Part shown: piece by piece, positions 57,888-64,000 of the stretch | How positions within the stretch are numbered: position 1 is the first letter of the stretch | Layout of the letters: every line of letters starts with the position of its first letter | Source: Porticoccaceae bacterium | GTDB taxonomy: Bacteria > Pseudomonadota > Gammaproteobacteria > Pseudomonadales > Porticoccaceae | Length of the DNA stretch: 64,000 nucleotides | Assembly: GCA_964230135.1 (NCBI GenBank) | Contig: CAXRFT010000015.1 | Coordinates: 12,708 to 76,707, forward strand | Direction of reading: 5' to 3' | Position numbers and translations under genes: made by a program | The notes under the pieces: model-generated | The model's database searches: none | What the model was told of the DNA's origin: nothing | Seen by the model: the letters and a program-made list of their open reading frames with translations, nothing else

Positions 57888-59573
57888 CTACTGCCCTCGG
57901 ACAGCATTCCTCTGTCGCTGTCGCTCCTGCCAATGCTGATCGACAAAATAGTCGAACAGTGCCGGATCGCTGAGTTGTCTACCCCTAATCAGATCAGCGC
58001 CACGTTCGGCCACCATCATCGTCGGCGCATTCAAATTTCCATTGGGAATAGTCGGAAAAACCGATGAGTCAATGACGCGCAAGCGGTCTAGACCATGTAC
58101 CTTTAACTCCGGGTCAACCACCGCCATCGCGTCAGTTCCCATTTTACAGGAGCACGACGGGTGATAGGCACTGTCCACTGCCTGCCGAATGAACGCATCG
58201 ATCTGCTCATCAGTCTGCACCTCTTCCAACGGTTGAATGACTTCACCACGGAAAGGGTCCATAGCCGGCTGCTGCATGATCTCACGGGTTAATCGAACAC
58301 AATCGCGAAAGCCTTGCCGATCTTCCTCTGTTGCCAGATAATTAAACTGGATTTGGGGGTGCTGCCTTACGTCAGCTGAAACGGCCTTGATAAAGCCCCG
58401 GCTAGTGGGCTTGTTGTGTCCTGCATGCACCTGAAAACCGTGGCCTTTGAAAGCAACCGAACCATCATAAGTGATGGCGCCAGGAAGGAAATGATACTGA
58501 ATATCCGGCCACTTGACTCCCGCTCTGGAACGGATAAAGGCACAGGCCTCAAAATGATTGGTACGGCCAAGACCGGTCTTGAATAACAACCACCGGGCTC
58601 CGATCAATGCCTTGCTGAACAATCCCAGCTTACCATTCAATGAAATCGGCTGTTTGCACCTATATTGGAAATTAAACTCCAAGTGATCCTGCAAATTTTC
58701 ACCGACACCGGGTAGCTGATGCACAAGCTCAATTCCCGCTGCGTCGAGAGTCTCTTTGGCACCTACACCCGATACTTGTAAAAGGTGGGGTGACCCCACT
58801 GCACCGGCACTGAGAATAATTTCCTTGTCGGCATTAAACTGTCGTAGCTCACCATTCACTTGGCACTGCACACCGGTGGCAGTTTTACCCTCGAACAGGA
58901 TTTTGGTTACCAACGCCCGTTTGATGATACGGAGATTGGAACGAGGTTTGGCATGCCTGAGATAAGCATGACTACTGGACGCTCGGACACCTCCATCGAC
59001 ATTCATAAACTTCTGGCCAAACCCCTCTTGCTGATAACCGTTATAATCTTGGGTTTCATCATAGCCCGCCTCTACCCCAGCTTTTATAAAGGCTCGGTAA
59101 AGAGGGTTGGCCATGTCATTGCCTCCGCTGACAACCACTGGGCCTTTATCTCCAGCATAATCAGAAGAAACACACTGATGACTCTCCAATTTCTTAAAAT
59201 AAGGTAGACAATTCTGGTAATTCCAGCCCCTCGCTCCTGCCGCCTCCCATTCATCAAAGTCCAGCGCGTGACCTCGCACATAGACCATTCCATTAATGGA
59301 GGAAGAACCTCCAACAACTTTGCCGCGCGGACAGTTCATTTCGCGATTATCAAGATGAGGTTCGGGCAATGACTGGAAACCCCAATTGTATTTTTTGGTA
59401 TTCATGGGGATACCTAAAGCAGTGGGCATACGGATAAAGATGCTTTTATCACCACCCCCGTACTCCAACAACAAAACACTGCAATTGGAATCCTCACTGA
59501 GACGTGACGCGACAATAGCGCCCGCAGAACCAGCGCCCACTACTATATAATCGTAATTCTGATGATTCCCCAT
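57888..59573 (-). CDS. betA: Choline dehydrogenase (GMC oxidoreductase)
   Basis: The N-terminus is [22 protein letters not shown]. It is collinear with E. coli BetA in long blocks ([23 protein letters not shown]....WP.IQYHFLP, REIM.QPA.D..RG.EI.P......TDEQ.D.F.R......YHP..CKMG). Confidence 0.88.
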   Translation of the reverse strand: MGNHQNYDYIVVGAGSAGAIVASRLSEDSNCSVLLLEYGGGDKSIFIRMPTALGIPMNTKKYNWGFQSLPEPHLDNREMNCPRGKVVGGSSSINGMVYVRGHALDFDEWEAAGARGWNYQNCLPYFKKLESHQCVSSDYAGDKGPVVVSGGNDMANPLYRAFIKAGVEAGYDETQDYNGYQQEGFGQKFMNVDGGVRASSSHAYLRHAKPRSNLRIIKRALVTKILFEGKTATGVQCQVNGELRQFNADKEIILSAGAVGSPHLLQVSGVGAKETLDAAGIELVHQLPGVGENLQDHLEFNFQYRCKQPISLNGKLGLFSKALIGARWLLFKTGLGRTNHFEACAFIRSRAGVKWPDIQYHFLPGAITYDGSVAFKGHGFQVHAGHNKPTSRGFIKAVSADVRQHPQIQFNYLATEEDRQGFRDCVRLTREIMQQPAMDPFRGEVIQPLEEVQTDEQIDAFIRQAVDSAYHPSCSCKMGTDAMAVVDPELKVHGLDRLRVIDSSVFPTIPNGNLNAPTMMVAERGADLIRGRQLSDPALFDYFVDQHWQERQRQRNAVRGQ

Positions 59574-59801
59574 GACGGCAAACTTACCTTATTTTAAAAC
59601 CTGGGCTCTCACCGCATTATCCTCTAAATGTTGATAAAAAACAGCAACTCGAGGCATGTAATCTAATCAATTGACAATAACAAAATTGCTGTTGACTGAT
59701 ATACGAACGAATGCTCACACGAATTAATAGTCATGCTATTATCCGCTCTGTTGATGAAAATAATGTAAACCATGGTTTGACACCCGACACTAGGAGCTAA
59801 C

Positions 59802-60827
59802 GTGAGAATAATAATAATGCTCTTCCTCGTGGCCGCCTTTAATCTGACCGTAGCCGAACAAAGTAGAATGCCAAACGGTATTCAGTTTGATTCTCTGGGG
59901 CCCACTGTGCACCAACTCACCACCAAAGATGGACGAAAAATCCACTACATAGACGATGGTAGACCGGGTGATATTCCAGTGGTCTTCACTGGCGGACTAG
60001 GAACATCAGTGCGCGCGATAAGATTACTAGATTTTCTTAGAACGATGCGCAAACAGTTAAACCTCCGCTTTATCAGCGTCGAGCGAAACGGCTTCGGCCA
60101 AACAGCCTTTAACAAGACACTGACTATGTCTGACTATGTCTCAGATGTAGAACAGGTCCTCGATCATCTGAAGATTGGTAAATTCTCACTTTTTGGCATT
60201 TCCGGGGGCGGGCCATACACCGCTAAAATTGCCTCGAGAAATGTACAACGACTAAGATCTGTGCATATGGCAGCCACATCACCACTTATTGGCGATGCCT
60301 CCTGGTGTGAAAACACTGAAAATGCCCTTGGATACCGCATGCTTATTGGTCAACCGATGCAGTTTTTCGGCTTCCCCAGTAGCAGCGCCATGCACCAAGT
60401 GGAAGGTTTTCAAGATACTGCCTATGATGAAGCCGCGCGCGCACATTTTGTCGGTGGACAATTAGCCAATCCTGCTGCTCTTGATCACGAGATGAGTCTC
60501 TACTGCAAAGAGTCATTGGATACCACGGGTGTCACATCAAAACTCTATGTCTATCGTGGGGAAGCAGATTCGCTACTTATGCACGAAAAGCCGGACACCT
60601 GGCGTCATCATTATTCAAAAGCGTCGATTATTGTGCGCAACTATCCACGAGAAGGTCATGATGTTCAGTATCGACACTTAGATCAAATTCTACTTGATAT
60701 TAGCAATCTCAGTGAGGATATCCTTATTTGCACCCAGGGCAAGCAACAGCAAGTAACCCATAGCGAGCTAGACAACTATTTGGATCGAGGCGCACATCTG
60801 GGTCTTTGTCTTTGGCAAGCCTCTTAA
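59802..60827 (+). CDS. Secreted alpha/beta-hydrolase fold protein
   Basis: Signal peptide MRIIIMLFLVAAFNLTVA, oxyanion region VVFTGGLG and nucleophile elbow GISGGG. The start codon is GTG. It ends 27 nt upstream of betB. Confidence 0.78.
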   Translation: MRIIIMLFLVAAFNLTVAEQSRMPNGIQFDSLGPTVHQLTTKDGRKIHYIDDGRPGDIPVVFTGGLGTSVRAIRLLDFLRTMRKQLNLRFISVERNGFGQTAFNKTLTMSDYVSDVEQVLDHLKIGKFSLFGISGGGPYTAKIASRNVQRLRSVHMAATSPLIGDASWCENTENALGYRMLIGQPMQFFGFPSSSAMHQVEGFQDTAYDEAARAHFVGGQLANPAALDHEMSLYCKESLDTTGVTSKLYVYRGEADSLLMHEKPDTWRHHYSKASIIVRNYPREGHDVQYRHLDQILLDISNLSEDILICTQGKQQQVTHSELDNYLDRGAHLGLCLWQAS

Positions 60828-60854
60828 ATTTAAAACCACAGACGGGGAGAAACT

Positions 60855-62309
60855 ATGGACACACAGCCAATCGCCAGTCACTTTATCGATGGCCACTACG
60901 TAGAGGATGATAAGGGAGAACCTATTGATGTTATCTACCCTGCAACCGGAGAAATCATCGGGCGGGTTTTCGCTGCAACGCCGGCAATTATTGAGAGAGC
61001 CATTGCCAGTGCATTAAAAGCGCAACAGGAATGGGCGGCAATGTCAGGAACCGAGCGCGGACGCATACTGCGCACCGCAGCCGACATTATCCGCCAGCGC
61101 AATCGCGAACTCTCTATTTTAGAAACTTACGACACTGGAAAGCCGCTGTCAGAAACCCTCTACGTAGACGCCACCAGTGGTGCTGACTGTCTGGAATACT
61201 TTGGTGGTCTCGCGGCATCTATTACCGGTGAGCATATTCCTCTTAGCGATGGCAACTGGGCCTATACCAAGCGAGAACCACTGGGCCTCTGTGTCGGCAT
61301 AGGTGCCTGGAATTACCCAACACAAATTGCCTGCTGGAAGGGTGCCCCAGCATTGGCCTGCGGCAACGCGATGATATTCAAACCATCGGAAACTACTCCG
61401 CTGTGCGCGCTAAAGATTGCTGAAATCTTAACCGAAGCCGGTCTGCCGCCAGGCCTTTACAATGTGGTACAAGGCCTTGGTGACGTTGGCAATGCGCTTG
61501 TGTCGGACCCGCGAGTTGATAAAGTCTCACTCACGGGCTCTGTGCCCACTGGGCGCAAAGTCTACGCCACGGCAGCTCAGCAAATGAAACATGTGACCAT
61601 GGAGCTAGGTGGCAAATCACCCCTCATTATTTTTGATGACGCCAATATTGATAACGCTGTCAGCGGAGCCATCCTGGCCAATTTTTATTCCACTGGTCAA
61701 ATTTGCTCCAATGGCACTCGTGTATTCGTCCACCGTGACATCCACGACGAATTTTTACGATGCATAACGAAAAGGTTGGAAACCGCCGCCATAGGTGATC
61801 CTATGAATGAAGAAACCAACTTCGGCCCAATGGTAAGTAAGCGCCAACTAGAGATCGTTCTCGACTATATCAAGAAAGGAAAATCAGAAGGTGCGAAATT
61901 GATCACCGGCGGCAATAAACTGGAGGGAGATGGCTATTTTTTACAACCCACCGTATTTGCCAATGTCACCGATGAGATGACAATTGCCAGAGAAGAAGTG
62001 TTTGGACCACTGATGTCAGTGTTGTCTTTTGAAGACGAGGAGGATGTTATCCGAAGAGCCAATGCCACTGATTTTGGTCTGGCAGCTGGTGTGTTTACTC
62101 AAGACATCAACCGCGCTCACAGGCTAGTTAGTGCCCTAGATGCAGGAACCTGCTTCATCAATTCATACAACGATGCGCCAGTGGAAGTCCCTTTCGGTGG
62201 ATATAAGCTATCGGGTGTTGGCAAAGAAAACTCAAAAGCAGCGATTACACACTATTCTCAATTAAAATCGGTGTTTGTGCGCATGAATGCTGTTGAGGCA
62301 CCCTTTTAA
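60855..62309 (+). CDS. betB: Betaine-aldehyde dehydrogenase
   Basis: It is near-collinear with E. coli BetB: REPLG.. .[59 protein letters not shown] and EE.FGP.MS.L....E.EVIRRAN.TD.GLAAG. Confidence 0.92.
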   Translation: MDTQPIASHFIDGHYVEDDKGEPIDVIYPATGEIIGRVFAATPAIIERAIASALKAQQEWAAMSGTERGRILRTAADIIRQRNRELSILETYDTGKPLSETLYVDATSGADCLEYFGGLAASITGEHIPLSDGNWAYTKREPLGLCVGIGAWNYPTQIACWKGAPALACGNAMIFKPSETTPLCALKIAEILTEAGLPPGLYNVVQGLGDVGNALVSDPRVDKVSLTGSVPTGRKVYATAAQQMKHVTMELGGKSPLIIFDDANIDNAVSGAILANFYSTGQICSNGTRVFVHRDIHDEFLRCITKRLETAAIGDPMNEETNFGPMVSKRQLEIVLDYIKKGKSEGAKLITGGNKLEGDGYFLQPTVFANVTDEMTIAREEVFGPLMSVLSFEDEEDVIRRANATDFGLAAGVFTQDINRAHRLVSALDAGTCFINSYNDAPVEVPFGGYKLSGVGKENSKAAITHYSQLKSVFVRMNAVEAPF

Positions 62310-62464
62310 CCCCATGACTTCAGAAATTTGTGCAAATTTTATAAATAATCACATATAAAAAATGAACTTATCTGAAATAGGGTGTCAAAAGTAAGGCAAG
62401 TGATGATTGCATATACTCTCCCCTGAGTTAGAAGTGTAAGTGTTAGACCTCAAGTAGCGAAAAA

Positions 62465-62499
62465 CCTCCAGCCTTAGCGGCTGGGGGTTTTTTGTTTTT
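62465..62499 (+). terminator. Rho-independent terminator about 155 nt downstream of the betB stop
   Basis: CCTCCAGCC-ttagc-GGCTGGGGG forms a 9-bp stem with one G-U pair, followed by TTTTTTGTTTTT. Confidence 0.8.
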
Positions 62500-62615
62500 A
62501 GCCCACTAAAAGGTGCAAGTTTCTCCAACTGTCAGAGTAGACCGCGGATCAACATAATAAACTCGAGAGAAAATCAATGGTGTGCTGTTGACTCAATTAC
62601 CTTAGTCTTTGGATA

Positions 62616-63167
62616 ATGTATCGGGTATCAATGACTGCAAAGGAGCACAGCTTGAAAAATTGGTTTACATTTATTTTGTTAAACGTCTTCATCTCTTCTC
62701 TGGCCATGGCGGAAAATTTCAGCGATTCAGATTCGGCAAATCCCTGCGTGTCTTCAGATGAGAACATCGGTGATTCTGCTTTTTGGGCCAGCACCGCTGT
62801 GCAATATTTCGCCAATCAAGACTATGAAAAGGCGATTGCCACCGTCGATGCCTGTTTTGACCGGTGGGCCCCCGATGCCGGACATCAACAGAAAAAAATG
62901 AATAGCAAACGCCAAGAATGCCCACCAGTGGGTAAAGTGAAAGCCAGAACCAAGCGTAAAATTGAGAAGAATTTTCTAATTAATGACGTCTCTATGGCTC
63001 TCTGGGCAAAGGCTCGCTCACAGCACGAATCAGAGGGAGCCAACGCCGCGATAGAAAGCTACAGTCAATGTGTCTACATGGCCTGTGGTCGAGCTTGGGA
63101 TCCAAAAGGTTGGTTTTGGAGCCCCGCAGAGGACTGTGCCAATAAGGTTAGCGAACTGATACAGTAA
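62616..63167 (+). CDS. Hypothetical secreted protein
   Basis: It has a signal peptide (WFTFILLNVFISSLAMA) and six Cys residues. No family was recognised. The start could instead be the Met at 62631. Confidence 0.45.
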   Translation: MYRVSMTAKEHSLKNWFTFILLNVFISSLAMAENFSDSDSANPCVSSDENIGDSAFWASTAVQYFANQDYEKAIATVDACFDRWAPDAGHQQKKMNSKRQECPPVGKVKARTKRKIEKNFLINDVSMALWAKARSQHESEGANAAIESYSQCVYMACGRAWDPKGWFWSPAEDCANKVSELIQ

Positions 63168-63209
63168 TCCTGCGTTATAACGCCTCAAAATCTACCATCT
63201 TTTGCGACG

Positions 63210-64000
63210 CTATCGGGTGTAGTATAAGTTTCTTACCATGATGCGCTTTTGCTCGGCGCGCTCGCGGCTCAAAAATGACAAAATGCCGGTAACATTTTGC
63301 ATGTCTGTACCGTTATTGAGTTTTGCTATGGGTAGTTTGACGGTTCTCCACTCTTCAGTCAGGGGATACTCGGTTCCTTCGCCCACGGCGACGAAACTGT
63401 TGACTTGATTGCCCTCTAAGAATCGTCCAGTTTGGAAACCCATATTAAAGGTGATGCTTTCATCTCCCTTAATGTCAAAGTGCAGATGGCCGGATTGGAA
63501 GTTGCTCAGATTTTCACCCTCGTCCGCCTGAAACTCGAGACTGGCTCCCCACCAATCAGCAGACCTGGTTTCGACAATGACAACACCCTGAGGTGACATC
63601 TCGATGCTGCTGGTCCCCTCCCAGGGAATCAACTTGATCGCCGCACTTGGATAGGTCATATCGTTGTCTACCGAAGGTACCAGGGCTGCATTGGCGACTA
63701 CGTAGGTTTTTGCTGTCACCGGCTCACCCGCCATGGCTTCGGGGTTTACAGTAGAAATTTTGCGCACTGGCATAGTGCTCTTAAAGGGTGGTTTAAGTAC
63801 ATCGGCAAGCAGAGCATTTTCATCACCGCCATAACTTTTTATCAACGGCTTTCCATCTCGCGTCAAACCATCAAAACTCCCATCATCCATTAACTCCCAA
63901 AGGGCATACTTGACTTCGTTATTCAGTCGAATCAAGCCAAAGTGGTTTTCCGAACCCTGCCCATCGTTGGCATCTTTCCATTTCTCGTCAAAGGCCTCAA
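63210..64000 (-). CDS. Partial CDS with the N-terminus outside the window; C-terminal beta-sandwich (carbohydrate-binding-like) domain protein
   Basis: The 'start' in the ORF track is a TTG. My translation upstream continues without a stop to the window edge (EAFDEKWKDANDGQGSENHFG-LIRLNNEV...). The C-terminal roughly 150 aa (WWGASLEF...GHLHFDIKGD...) suggests a galactose-binding-like domain. The family is not determined. Confidence 0.55.
   Translation of the reverse strand, partial: EAFDEKWKDANDGQGSENHFGLIRLNNEVKYALWELMDDGSFDGLTRDGKPLIKSYGGDENALLADVLKPPFKSTMPVRKISTVNPEAMAGEPVTAKTYVVANAALVPSVDNDMTYPSAAIKLIPWEGTSSIEMSPQGVVIVETRSADWWGASLEFQADEGENLSNFQSGHLHFDIKGDESITFNMGFQTGRFLEGNQVNSFVAVGEGTEYPLTEEWRTVKLPIAKLNNGTDMQNVTGILSFLSRERAEQKRIMVRNLYYTR

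Noticed and set aside
60121-60140. An exact tandem 10-bp duplication (ctgactatgt x2) inside the alpha/beta-hydrolase gene
   Set aside because: Removing one copy would shift the frame into an immediate stop, while the present reading frame is intact across it (TLTMSDYVSD). It is therefore not a recent frameshifting duplication. A similar 10-bp tandem (agacgagaga x2) at 14151-14170 inside ggt is likewise in an intact frame.
1-64000. Mobile elements, prophage, defence islands, CRISPR arrays and tRNA/rRNA genes
   Set aside because: I saw no integrase, transposase, recombinase, restriction-modification, toxin-antitoxin or Cas-like translation in the ORF track. I saw no regularly spaced direct repeats and no tRNA-like T-arm or acceptor pattern in the intergenic regions I read. 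This rests on inspection by eye only, so a dedicated scan (tRNAscan, a CRISPR finder, ISfinder) could still find small elements.

Overview
The window looks like a gene-dense, ordinary chromosomal segment of a marine-type gammaproteobacterium, roughly mid-40s % GC by eye. I found no rRNA, tRNA, CRISPR array, transposase, integrase or phage gene. All family calls come from motifs read in the supplied translations. No database search was run.

Content from left to right:
- A PepSY-TM protein truncated by the window edge, a roughly 1090-aa BNR/Asp-box sortilin-like exported protein, oligopeptidase B, DUF4399 and a GST.
- A zinc-starvation (Zur) cluster: zur, a MerC-like protein, folE2, an NTF2-like protein and a Cys-rich SEC-C miniprotein, followed by CobW/ZigA-type GTPase and DUF1826. 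A shared 19-nt operator-like motif sits in front of both units.
- ggt.
- A tight operon of halogenase, SapC, JmjC-cupin, halogenase, DUF2237 and a SAM methyltransferase, placed behind a TonB-dependent receptor.
- An orphan aceE plus fpr.
- Azurin and a nickel superoxide dismutase module (sodN, sodX and a His-rich miniprotein).
- An M28 peptidase, GH30, AIM24-family protein, HD-GYP protein and a Tat-exported flavin amine oxidase.
- phhAB with a divergent Lrp/AsnC regulator.
- A roughly 22-kb region rich in quaternary-amine genes: a BCCT transporter, a sulfatase operon, a Ser/Thr kinase and PP2C phosphatase pair, an operon running from gamma-butyrobetaine through carnitine to betaine, a TBDR with a TPR-sulfotransferase, betA, a secreted hydrolase and betB.

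The best candidate for an undescribed system is the TBDR-linked halogenase/SapC/JmjC operon. It has no carrier protein, NRPS/PKS or inner-membrane transporter. Secondary candidates are the extra FAD oxidoreductase in the carnitine operon, the His-rich miniprotein with NiSOD, the Cys-rich SEC-C protein in the Zur unit, and the TPR-sulfotransferase/TBDR pair with a perfect 16-bp palindrome.
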